A DNA stretch of 64,000 nucleotides, from NCBI GenBank assembly GCA_023395595.1, contig JAEWYO010000044.1, positions 5,193 through 69,192 of the forward strand, given 5' to 3'. Source of the DNA: Bacillota bacterium. Lineage in GTDB: Bacteria; Bacillota; Clostridia; Christensenellales; CAG-138. Every line of letters begins with the position of its first letter. Position 1 is the stretch's first letter. Below are positions 27,170-35,949 of the stretch, in pieces. A program made the position numbers and the translations under genes. The notes beneath the pieces are model-generated. The model was not told where the DNA came from. It saw only the letters and a program-made list of their open reading frames with translations, and did not search any database.

Positions 27170-28282
27170 CTAAATCAGTGTCCTAAGCAGCGCGGCGAGT
27201 TCGTTCCCCATGCGCAGCTGCGTCTTCGCATTTGGATGGTTCAATCCGCCCATTCCCTCGCCCCACGGGTCGATTGCGCCAAACTTGAAGCAGACCACAC
27301 GGGTGTCGCCCGTCTTCTCGCGGTATTGCGCGGCTGCTTTTTCGATTGTGTCGTAAAGGAAATAGTCCATCGAACCAAGCGTGCAGACAATCCAAGCATG
27401 TTCTCCGTTGCAGGCGCGAACCTGCTGCAAAAACGCGGCATACCGCTCCTGAAAATAGGTCTCCTCCGCAGGGTCGTTGCCCGAAACGCGGATACGAAAC
27501 GCGTCGTTGGTGCCGAGGTTGATTACGACCGCATCCGGCTCAAAGCGCGAAAAATCCCAGCGGGTAAAGCATTCCTGTTTGCCCTCTCGCTCCTCTTGGA
27601 ACCGATCGGCATAGGCATAATAAGCCTCCATCGTCCGCACAGGCGGCGTAAAATCCGGCGCCCACGGCAGGCGCATGCGGTAGTGCTCATCTCGCGCCCA
27701 GCACAGGGGTATGCCGGAGACACAGACGAGCTGGTAGTCCGCGTCCAGCAACTCGGCGGCTATCGCGCCATAGGAGAGAAGCCCGTTCTCCTGCTCTGCA
27801 GAGAACTGCGCTGCCTCCGGCGGCATCTCGTTGCCAAACCCGCAGGTGATGGAATCCCCAATAAACTCGATCTTGCGCTTTCTGGTCACGGTTGAAGGCG
27901 AAAGCAGCTCGCCCTCAATCGTCAGCGCACGCAAGCCCGCTCTGCCCTTGGACCCTTCGGAGCGTTTGACGAGCGTAAGCGTATGCTCCCCCGCGATTTC
28001 GCTCGTAAACAGCGTGACGCAGCTCTCGCCCGCGGAAAGGGAGAAGATGCGCGCAGGCTCTTTTGCCCCGTCTAGAAACAGCGCAAACCAAGGCAAGCTG
28101 TCCGCCTCGCCGGGATAGGTTTCCGGAAAAGCGAGTGCGTCCAATACGACCCGTTTGCCAAAGAAACGCACAGTAAACCCCGCGCAAGACCAGTTAAAAA
28201 ACAGTGTATCCCGGCTCTCGTCATAGAGCGTCCGCCCCGACCAGCGCAGGTGCTGCGCGCAGTCTCTTGCCGTAAGAATCAT
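27170..28282 (-). CDS. CE2-type SGNH/GDSL acetyl esterase with N-terminal beta-sandwich
   Basis: Block I FIGDSITCGFG, block III LGTNDA, and a C-terminal His (LNHPN). An N-terminal domain of about 130 aa precedes the SGNH core, as in CE2. No signal peptide. Confidence 0.82.
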   Translation of the reverse strand: MILTARDCAQHLRWSGRTLYDESRDTLFFNWSCAGFTVRFFGKRVVLDALAFPETYPGEADSLPWFALFLDGAKEPARIFSLSAGESCVTLFTSEIAGEHTLTLVKRSEGSKGRAGLRALTIEGELLSPSTVTRKRKIEFIGDSITCGFGNEMPPEAAQFSAEQENGLLSYGAIAAELLDADYQLVCVSGIPLCWARDEHYRMRLPWAPDFTPPVRTMEAYYAYADRFQEEREGKQECFTRWDFSRFEPDAVVINLGTNDAFRIRVSGNDPAEETYFQERYAAFLQQVRACNGEHAWIVCTLGSMDYFLYDTIEKAAAQYREKTGDTRVVCFKFGAIDPWGEGMGGLNHPNAKTQLRMGNELAALLRTLI

Positions 28283-28312
28283 ATTTGCCTCCGTCGTGTC
28301 CCGTTTTACACC

Positions 28313-28732
28313 CTAGCGCAGGCGATAGACGCGAATGTCTACCGCGTTTTTTCCGCCGCTGACAAGTTCCGCCGCGTAGGTATCTCTGCTCAAAAAGGCA
28401 TATGTTCCGTCGATGTCACAGGTAAAACGCGGTGTAGTTCGTATGGTTGCGTTCTCGCGGTTCTGGTTATAGTATCCCTCGTTCTCGATGGCGATGATCG
28501 CGCCGTCGTCGGTTTCGATCCAGTAGCGAGCGTGCACATGCGCCACACCGCCGGGCAGTTGCGTGCTCCAGTCCGCGCCGCCGGGCAGAACCTTGCCGCG
28601 CAGCGCCTCTCCCTCGAAGCTGCCGCCGATGATCGGAATGATCACAAGCTTGCCAGCGCCGGTCTCACCGACGAGCTTCGGCACACCAACCTCCACATGC
28701 AGCGTGAGGATTGCGTCCGCCTCGAGCATCAT
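28313..28732 (-). CDS. DUF3237 (UPF0311) family protein
   Basis: PIIGGSFEGEALRGKVLPGGADW....ARYWIETDDGAIIAIEN matches my memory of the DUF3237 signature. The ATG at 28732 overlaps the upstream stop (ATGA). The ORF-track start at 28828 overlaps the esterase gene. Confidence 0.65.
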   Translation of the reverse strand: MMLEADAILTLHVEVGVPKLVGETGAGKLVIIPIIGGSFEGEALRGKVLPGGADWSTQLPGGVAHVHARYWIETDDGAIIAIENEGYYNQNRENATIRTTPRFTCDIDGTYAFLSRDTYAAELVSGGKNAVDIRVYRLR

Positions 28733-29538
28733 AACGCCGTCTCCTGCTCGCCAGACAGCCAGCCGAGGCTCGCGGGGAGCGACGCATTCCAGAATACATA
28801 GTCGTGCACGCCGGGTGTGACCCACCACGTGTGCGCGTAGCCGATCTCTTCCAGATGCGCATGAAATTCACAATTGCGCGCATAGAGAAAATCCTCCGAC
28901 CCGCAAGCTAAGAACAGCTTTGGCGCGGTGCCGTCCTTTAGCCGTTCGCTGGCCAGATGCATCGGGTCTTTATCCGAGCCCAGCAACGCCTTGGGTTCGC
29001 CAAATGTATGGCGATAATACGCATATGGTGCCATGAAGTTGCCCTCGCCTTCACGCATGTGCGCGACCTCGTTGGTAATCAACGCCGCAGAATGCGAGAG
29101 TATCGCACCAAACGTGTCCGCATACTTCAGCCCGTTGCGCACCGCACCATAGCCGCCCATCGAAATGCCGCCGATGACGGTATCCTCGCGCTTGCGGGAG
29201 AGCGGAAACATCCGGCGGGTGACATCCACCAGCTCTCTGCCAATAAACTCGCCGCAGTATTCCAGCGATTCTTCGATGTCAAGGTAAAAATTATTCCGCG
29301 CGTCCGGCATGATGACCGCGTATCCGCGCCGCGACGCCATCTCCACAATCTGCGTGTTGGTGATCCAGTCGTTGCGGTTGCCGGAAAACCCATGCAGCAG
29401 ATACAGCGTTGGGTACGGCCCGTTGGTGTAGGAAGCCTGTTCATGCCCTTCCGGCGGGCGCTCCACGGGAAGAATCGCGTTAAAGGAGACAAAGCCCCTG
29501 CGCGCCAAGGAATAATAGTCGCAATTGATCACAGCCAT
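28729..29538 (-). CDS. esterase-D / putative-esterase family (CE1-like) alpha/beta hydrolase
   Basis: PTLYLLHGFSGNRNDW, intact nucleophile elbow GGISMGGYGA, and C-terminal CGSEDFLY and PGVHDYVFW (Asp and His). Start at ATG 29538 with a GGAGGA RBS. Confidence 0.85.
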   Translation of the reverse strand: MAVINCDYYSLARRGFVSFNAILPVERPPEGHEQASYTNGPYPTLYLLHGFSGNRNDWITNTQIVEMASRRGYAVIMPDARNNFYLDIEESLEYCGEFIGRELVDVTRRMFPLSRKREDTVIGGISMGGYGAVRNGLKYADTFGAILSHSAALITNEVAHMREGEGNFMAPYAYYRHTFGEPKALLGSDKDPMHLASERLKDGTAPKLFLACGSEDFLYARNCEFHAHLEEIGYAHTWWVTPGVHDYVFWNASLPASLGWLSGEQETAL

Positions 29539-29593
29539 ACTGATTTCCTCCTGCCGGTCGTTTTTTTGTTTTTCTTCTATTCTTCTGTCGTGT

Positions 29594-30439
29594 TTAGAGA
29601 TAGGTAAACGGTTCTTTGGCGTCCAAAAAGACCACAGGTGTGCCGTTACCGATGTCCGCCAGCCAATCTCCAAGGCGCTTCATACCCGGTTCTTCGCTGC
29701 GCTCGTGCCCGAGCACGAGAATTGCGCGGTTGAGTCCAAGCTGATATGCATCCCGCACATAGGCGGGCAGAGTCCATTCCGTGATATCGCCGCAGATGAG
29801 CACATCCGCGTTTCGCAGGCGCATATAGCGCATCGGCATTTGCTCGGTGCCGAGGCCGAGACTCCCACCGCCGGGCAGAACGCCCACGCGGGAAACCTTC
29901 ATCTCCGGGTCGCCGATGATCTGGATCACGGGCATGTTGAACTTCGCTTTGAAGAAATCACAAAGCCCGCGCAGCGTGGTTTCGGGGATCTCGTAGCAAC
30001 CATCGGGTTTTCCAGTGATGCCAAATCCGAGGGTGTCAGTCGTTGGCGGTGCCATGCGGTATTTGTCCCAGCCGGTCTCCTGCTCGAAACCACGGAAAAT
30101 GCCGTCCTCACCAGCCATATGCATATGGTCGTGAAAACGCCAGATTGCGATGCCCGATTGATCGATCAGCGCTTTCTTCGCCCAATACACCTCGTCCTCC
30201 TGCACCCAGTCGGTCTTATCCATACCGGTAAACCAAGTCGGCTCGTGCGTGATGATGAGGTTTGCCCCCTCACTTGCCGCGCGGCGGATGACATCCACCG
30301 TCGCCATAAACGTAGTGGCGATCTTTGTCACCTGAGTGTCCCAGCTTCCGGCGATCAGACGATCGCACGTGCGCTCCTCCGGCAGAGGCGGAACGCCAGT
30401 CTTCTGAATGATTGCATCAACGATTTCACGAACGGTCAT
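29594..30439 (-). CDS. NIF3-like dinuclear-metal-centre protein
   Basis: ATVDVIRRAASEGANLIITHEP, HDHMH and ICGDITEW resemble NIF3/YbgI motifs. Start at MTVREIV with a GAGGGAGA RBS. Confidence 0.7.
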   Translation of the reverse strand: MTVREIVDAIIQKTGVPPLPEERTCDRLIAGSWDTQVTKIATTFMATVDVIRRAASEGANLIITHEPTWFTGMDKTDWVQEDEVYWAKKALIDQSGIAIWRFHDHMHMAGEDGIFRGFEQETGWDKYRMAPPTTDTLGFGITGKPDGCYEIPETTLRGLCDFFKAKFNMPVIQIIGDPEMKVSRVGVLPGGGSLGLGTEQMPMRYMRLRNADVLICGDITEWTLPAYVRDAYQLGLNRAILVLGHERSEEPGMKRLGDWLADIGNGTPVVFLDAKEPFTYL

Positions 30440-30513
30440 AGTATCTCCCTCTTTCCCAGAAAAACCCCGCATTTACGCGGGGTTTGTTGTTTTTGCAAAC
30501 CGGTTGCAGCCTG

Positions 30514-31413
30514 TTACCCTTTTACCGCGCCGAGGACAACACCCTTGATAAAGTGCTTCTGCACGAACGGGTACACGATCACGACCGGCAGTATGCCGAT
30601 CACCGCCATCGCCATACGCACCGATGTGCCTGGCAAATCGACATTCATCGTTCCCAGCAGCGACACGTTGGAGCTCACCTTGAGGAACTGAATGTTGTTC
30701 ATAATGCGAATCAACAGGTTTTGAATGCCGTAGAGCTTCGCGTCCGTCAGATAATACAAGCCGTTGATCCAGTCGTTCCAGTAGATCAGGCCGGTGAAGA
30801 GGCTGATGGTTGCGACCGACGGAATCGCCAGCGGCAGCATAATCTTAAAGAAGATCGTCAGTTCACTCGCGCCGTCGATCTGCGCGGATTCGATGATCGA
30901 AAGCGGCACGCTCGTTACGTAATAGTTACGCACGAGGAACACGTTGAACGCCGTGACCAGATAATTCGGGATGATCAGCGCCCAAATCGTATCCTTGATC
31001 TGAAACACGCGCGACCACATGATATAGGATGACACGATACCACCGTTGAACAACATCGTGAAGAACACGAAGAACGCCAATGCGTTGCGATAGCGGAAGT
31101 TTGGGCGCGACATCGGGTAAGCCAGCATAGTCGTGATCAGTACGCTGATGATCGTGCCCACGCAGGTGACGGTAATCGTCACACCGTATGCGCGGAGGAT
31201 CATCTCGCTCTGCTTGATCATATAGTAGTAAGAATCCAGACTGAGCTTGGACGGAAAATAGGTATAACCTGATGAAATCAGCACGTTTTCATCGGTAAAC
31301 GACGAGATTACCACCAGTAAAATAGGCAGCAGGATGAGAAACGCCAGTACGCTGAGTATGATGGTGGAGCCGAGGCGGAATTTGGTTCCGTCGTCTCTGA
31401 ATTGCTTTTTCAT
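30514..31413 (-). CDS. carbohydrate ABC transporter permease (LplC/MalG-like)
   Basis: Six TM segments and the EAA loop ESAQIDGASELTIFFKIMLP. Confidence 0.88.
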   Translation of the reverse strand: MKKQFRDDGTKFRLGSTIILSVLAFLILLPILLVVISSFTDENVLISSGYTYFPSKLSLDSYYYMIKQSEMILRAYGVTITVTCVGTIISVLITTMLAYPMSRPNFRYRNALAFFVFFTMLFNGGIVSSYIMWSRVFQIKDTIWALIIPNYLVTAFNVFLVRNYYVTSVPLSIIESAQIDGASELTIFFKIMLPLAIPSVATISLFTGLIYWNDWINGLYYLTDAKLYGIQNLLIRIMNNIQFLKVSSNVSLLGTMNVDLPGTSVRMAMAVIGILPVVIVYPFVQKHFIKGVVLGAVKG

Positions 31414-31427
31414 GTGCTCCTTCCCCC

Positions 31428-32345
31428 TTAAAACAGCGCGTTCTCGCGGTCCACTTTGCGCACCAGCGCGTTTGCACCGAGCACGAGCAGGAACCCGACC
31501 ACGGACTGATACAGCGCGGCAGCAGCCGACATACCGATGTTTTTAAGTTCCATCAAGCCGTTATACACATAGGTATCGATGGTCTGCGTGACCTCAAAGA
31601 GGCGGCCGGACTGCTGCGGCACCTGATAGAAAAGGCCAAAGTCGGAATAGAAGATACGACCGATGGACATCAGTGTGAGGATGATGATCGTGGGCTTGAG
31701 CATCGGCAGCGTGATCCTAAATATCTGCTGCATCTTGGTGGCTCCATCCAGCTGCGCCGCCTCGAAAATTCCCTTATCGATGCCGGAAATGCTCGCCATA
31801 TAGATAATCGAGTTGACCCCGACGTATTTCCAAAGATAGGTGACTATGATGATGAATGGCCATGGTTTTGTGGTGCTGTACCATGAGATCGGCTCCATGT
31901 GCAGCGCCTTGAGGATGGTGTTGTTGATAAAGCCCGTGTCCGCGTTGAGAAACGCATAGACGACAAAGCCGATAACCACCCAGCTTAAGAGGTTTGGCAG
32001 CAGCATGACGGATTGAAAAAACTTCACCCGTGTGCGCTGGCCGAGTTCGTACATCAGCACCGCGATAAAGATTGCCGCAATGGTGCCGATGATGATGAAC
32101 ACGATGTTGTAGAGAATCGTGTTTCGCGTCATCACCCACGCATCGTGGGTTTTGAAAAGGAACTTGAAGTTATCCAGTCCGCACCATTCGCTGCCGAAGA
32201 TGCCTTTGCGATAGTTGAAATCTTTGAACGCCAGAAAGACGCCAAACATGGGGATATAGTTATTGATCAGCAAATACAGAATGCCCGGCGCTGCAATCAG
32301 CAGCAGAGGCGCGCTGTTTGCACGCTGTTGCTTTTTTTTCTTCAT
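31428..32345 (-). CDS. carbohydrate ABC transporter permease (LplB/MalF-like)
   Basis: EAA loop EAAQLDGATKMQQIFRITLP. Start at MKKKKQQR (32345). Confidence 0.88.
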   Translation of the reverse strand: MKKKKQQRANSAPLLLIAAPGILYLLINNYIPMFGVFLAFKDFNYRKGIFGSEWCGLDNFKFLFKTHDAWVMTRNTILYNIVFIIIGTIAAIFIAVLMYELGQRTRVKFFQSVMLLPNLLSWVVIGFVVYAFLNADTGFINNTILKALHMEPISWYSTTKPWPFIIIVTYLWKYVGVNSIIYMASISGIDKGIFEAAQLDGATKMQQIFRITLPMLKPTIIILTLMSIGRIFYSDFGLFYQVPQQSGRLFEVTQTIDTYVYNGLMELKNIGMSAAAALYQSVVGFLLVLGANALVRKVDRENALF

Positions 32346-32475
32346 AGCAGAGCGTCCCTCCGTCGTGTTGTTGTTGCGCGCGCCGCCATTCAAACAGCCT
32401 TGCGCGGATGCGGGAGCGGAGAGGGAAAAGCCCCTTCCGCTCCCGTCGATACGCTACCTTGAATCGCTCAGGTTC

Positions 32476-34026
32476 TTATTTGCCTGCTGCCCAAGCGTCC
32501 AACTGTGCCTGTTTCTCGGCGATGATGGCGCCCATGCCGGCATCCGCCAGTCTTTCGAGGAAGACGGGGATTTCCGTGGTGGGGTCAACGCTGCCGCAGA
32601 CGAGGCCGTAGACATACTGCTCGATCACGTTGGTGACGGCGGTATACTCGGTCTTGACCTTGCTGTTGTCAAAGGTGAAGCCCATGGCGGCAGAGGTCTT
32701 TGCGCTCTGGTTCTGTTCGAGTTCCCAGGCGAGAGAATCCACGTTGGTGCCCGCCATCGGGTACATGATGAAGAAGTTGCCCAGCGTGCCGCAGGAAAGC
32801 TGAGAGGTATAGGGCACGGTGGTCGCATCCTGTCCCTCGGGATAGCTCATGAAGCCATCATCGCTCAGGACATAATCGCGATCCTTCAGACCGTAGATGA
32901 TCAGGTTGGTGATCTCCGGATCGGTGAAGGTGAGGTTCAGGAACTTCAGCGCGCCTTCCGGCGCATCGCTCGTGGAGGAGACCATCCAGGTCAGCGCGTT
33001 GATGGAAGACGTATCGAGGAACGCGGAACCGATCGTCTTTGCGCCGAGGTCAAAGCCGCCGCACTGTGCTTCCAGAGAAGCTGCGGTATCCGCTTCCGGA
33101 TAGCTGTAGGACGCGACATAGCAGAAGTAGTTGCCGGAGGCCATCAGTTCCGCTGCGGTGCTGGAGGTCGTGGCTGCGTCTTTCATGACGAGGCCTTTGT
33201 TGAACCAGTCGCGTGCGAGGTTGCAGAGGGAAGCGAATTCAGGGGTTGCATAGTAGTCCACAACCTTGAGTTCGTCACCCATGAGAACGCCCTTGGGCGC
33301 ATACATGCTGTCGGTGAGATAGTCCACATTTTGCGCAGAGAGGCCGATGTTGCCCTGGTTGACGGCGGCGACCGGCGTCATATCCGGATAGGCTGCCTTG
33401 ACCTGTTCGAGTACGGCGGTCACATCGTTGATACTGTTGACCTTGCTCATATCGATACCGAGGGCATCCGCGATGTCCTGACGATAGATGACCATCTGTG
33501 TCAGCGCGATCGGCTTATAGGTCGGGAAACCATAGAGCTTGCCGTCCGAGGTGCAGGCTGCCAGCCACTTGTCGCCGATGAGGGCTTTGGTTTCCGGCGC
33601 GCAGGTGTCCACGATGCCGGTGATGTCGAGGCACATATCCGTGCTGATTGCGGTGCTCAGATCGCCAAGGCTCTGGAAGATGTCAATCTTCTCTCCGCCC
33701 TGCAGCGCGAGGCTGACGGTGCTGGAGTAGTCCCAGATCACGATGGGTTTGAGTTCCACTTCCACGCCGATTTTGTCACGGGTGATGGCGTTGATCGCCT
33801 CTTCCACCGTTGCAAGCGTTTCTTCGGAGGGAATGTTGTTGAATGTTGCATAGGCGTAAACCACCTTTTCGATGGCCTTGGGTTCCGCTGCGGCCGGAGC
33901 TGCCGTTGCGGAGTCGCCGGATGCCGCGGGTTCGGTCGTTGCGGGCGTGGCTGCTTTGCAGGCGAACGCGCCGAACGCCATCACCGCAACCATTGCGAGG
34001 ACGAGAAGACGTTTGGTCAGTTTCAT
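32476..34026 (-). CDS. extracellular solute-binding lipoprotein, large LplA/YesO-like type
   Basis: Lipobox MKLTKRLLVLAMVAVMAFGAFAC with an Ala/Pro/Thr linker; about 515 aa. GGAGG lies 9 nt upstream of ATG 34026. Confidence 0.85.
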   Translation of the reverse strand: MKLTKRLLVLAMVAVMAFGAFACKAATPATTEPAASGDSATAAPAAAEPKAIEKVVYAYATFNNIPSEETLATVEEAINAITRDKIGVEVELKPIVIWDYSSTVSLALQGGEKIDIFQSLGDLSTAISTDMCLDITGIVDTCAPETKALIGDKWLAACTSDGKLYGFPTYKPIALTQMVIYRQDIADALGIDMSKVNSINDVTAVLEQVKAAYPDMTPVAAVNQGNIGLSAQNVDYLTDSMYAPKGVLMGDELKVVDYYATPEFASLCNLARDWFNKGLVMKDAATTSSTAAELMASGNYFCYVASYSYPEADTAASLEAQCGGFDLGAKTIGSAFLDTSSINALTWMVSSTSDAPEGALKFLNLTFTDPEITNLIIYGLKDRDYVLSDDGFMSYPEGQDATTVPYTSQLSCGTLGNFFIMYPMAGTNVDSLAWELEQNQSAKTSAAMGFTFDNSKVKTEYTAVTNVIEQYVYGLVCGSVDPTTEIPVFLERLADAGMGAIIAEKQAQLDAWAAGK

Positions 34027-34329
34027 CACGAGAATCCTCCTTTTTTGATACTTCGAGTATACCAAGCGCCGCTGAATCGCTCTTTCGAAATCGAGCACAC
34101 TTATTTTGAAAACGGGAGTATGTTAAGTTTGTGTTAAGTGTGTTTGGGTACACAAAACCAAGCCCTCGTTGCCCTTCGTTTTTTGCACGAATCGGGGCAA
34201 ATGTGCTTGCGTTTTCGTTCCAGTTTGCTTCTTTTTTATATGGCCACGCGTGCCCTCACGCGCGAAATGCATCGTTGTTTATTTTGCCTTGCCCGGGCGG
34301 ATCGATTCTGCAAAGGCAAGCATACGCCG

Positions 34330-35913
34330 TTAGTCACCGCGGCGGTATTCGTTTGGTGTGACTCCGACGTATTTGCGGAAGATCGTCGAAAAATAGCTGA
34401 AGTTATCAAAACCGACCGCGCCTGCCACATCGCTCACCAACACGTTTTTGTCCCGCAGGAGGCGCTTTGCCTGCTCCACGCGGTATTCACGGATGTAATC
34501 CTTGAGATAGACCCCGGTCTTTTTCTTGTAAAGCTTTGCCAAATATTCCGGCGCAAGATGGAACGCACCAGCAACCTCGTTTCGATCCAGCTGCTCGCTG
34601 TAGTGCTCGTGCACATAGGCGTTGATGCGCTCGATGAGCCCGCTCGCTTTCCGCACCTCTTCCTCATAATCATACGCGCGTTCCAGCAGATAGTTGACCC
34701 AGCGGATCATATCCACGGCGGACTGCGTCGCAAGATCGGACAGACGCATAGAGTTATCATCGTGAAAGAGCAGAGTCGCCTGAATTCCGCTCTCGGAAAG
34801 ATAGCCGTACACCGCCTGTAAGATTTCCTGCTTCATCAAAAACAGGCTGCGTTCATTGAGCGTGCGGTTGTCGGTACGGATTTTAAGCACGTCTTTGATG
34901 TAGGTCAGAATGGACATCTTGTCCCGCTCGACGAGCCATTTTTCGAGGCGATCCAAGTCCAGAATGACCGGCTCACCGCAGAAAACGCCAAGCGCACCGC
35001 TCTCCGAAAACGCTTGGCCGTAAAACGCGGCGCTGCGCTGAATCATGCGGTGCAGTTGGTGATGTTTCTCGGTCAATTCTTCAATCGCGCAGGCGCACCC
35101 CACGCAACAGGTTACTTTGACCCGCGCGCGCTCCGCGCAAGCCGATACCACCTGCTCGCAGCGGGCGATGATCTCCTCCTCCGGTGCGTCCGGTACGGTC
35201 GTCATAAACCAAAGCCCCGTGTCGCCCACACGGCGCACGACGCTGTCGTTCTCTTCGGAATGGCAGATCAGGCTGGAATGGATGTTTTCCAGCAAGAAGA
35301 AGAACAGATCGTTGCCAATGTCTTCCAGCGGGCGTTCATAGTCCGTGATCTTGGTGACGATGAGGCGGAATGTCTGCCGGGTGTCGATTGGCAGTTTGCG
35401 CGCGGCAATCTCGCTCAAGATCGCTTCCCTACCGCTGCTGACGATGCCGCTGTAGAGCGAGAGCCAGAAATAGAGCTGCTCCTGACGGAGGTTTTTGCTG
35501 TGCCATTCGCCATATTCGCTCTTCTCGCGTAAGCGCTTTGCTTCGGATATTTTCGCGATCACGCGCTTGAGCGAGAGCTGCATAATCTCCGCGTCAAAGG
35601 GTTTCACGAGATATTCCGCGGCATCGAGTTTGATGGCATGCGCCGCATAGTCAAAGCGCTCGTGGCAGGTGAGCAGGATAAACTCCGTCTCCTCGCCGCG
35701 CCCGCGAATCCACGCAAGCAGGTCGAGTCCGCTACCCTGCGGCATCTCGATGTCACTGATGACAATGTCCACCGGCGCGCGCTCAATGACCGCTTTTGCC
35801 TGCGCAACGCTATGCGCAATTTCCACCTCCGAAATGTCGATGTCGCGCCAAGCGATGGAATCCCACACCGTTTCAACGGTTGGGACATCGTCATCAACGA
35901 TCAACAGCCGCAT
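34330..35913 (-). CDS. response regulator with AraC-type HTH output (YesN-like)
   Basis: Receiver domain MRLLIVDDD...ISDIEMPQGSGLDLL, and a C-terminal AraC HTH (VGFDNFSYFSTIFRKYVGVTPNEYRR). Confidence 0.9.
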   Translation of the reverse strand: MRLLIVDDDVPTVETVWDSIAWRDIDISEVEIAHSVAQAKAVIERAPVDIVISDIEMPQGSGLDLLAWIRGRGEETEFILLTCHERFDYAAHAIKLDAAEYLVKPFDAEIMQLSLKRVIAKISEAKRLREKSEYGEWHSKNLRQEQLYFWLSLYSGIVSSGREAILSEIAARKLPIDTRQTFRLIVTKITDYERPLEDIGNDLFFFLLENIHSSLICHSEENDSVVRRVGDTGLWFMTTVPDAPEEEIIARCEQVVSACAERARVKVTCCVGCACAIEELTEKHHQLHRMIQRSAAFYGQAFSESGALGVFCGEPVILDLDRLEKWLVERDKMSILTYIKDVLKIRTDNRTLNERSLFLMKQEILQAVYGYLSESGIQATLLFHDDNSMRLSDLATQSAVDMIRWVNYLLERAYDYEEEVRKASGLIERINAYVHEHYSEQLDRNEVAGAFHLAPEYLAKLYKKKTGVYLKDYIREYRVEQAKRLLRDKNVLVSDVAGAVGFDNFSYFSTIFRKYVGVTPNEYRRGD

Positions 35914-35949
35914 GCGCCACACCACCTTTCGTTCTTTGTCCGGACTTGC

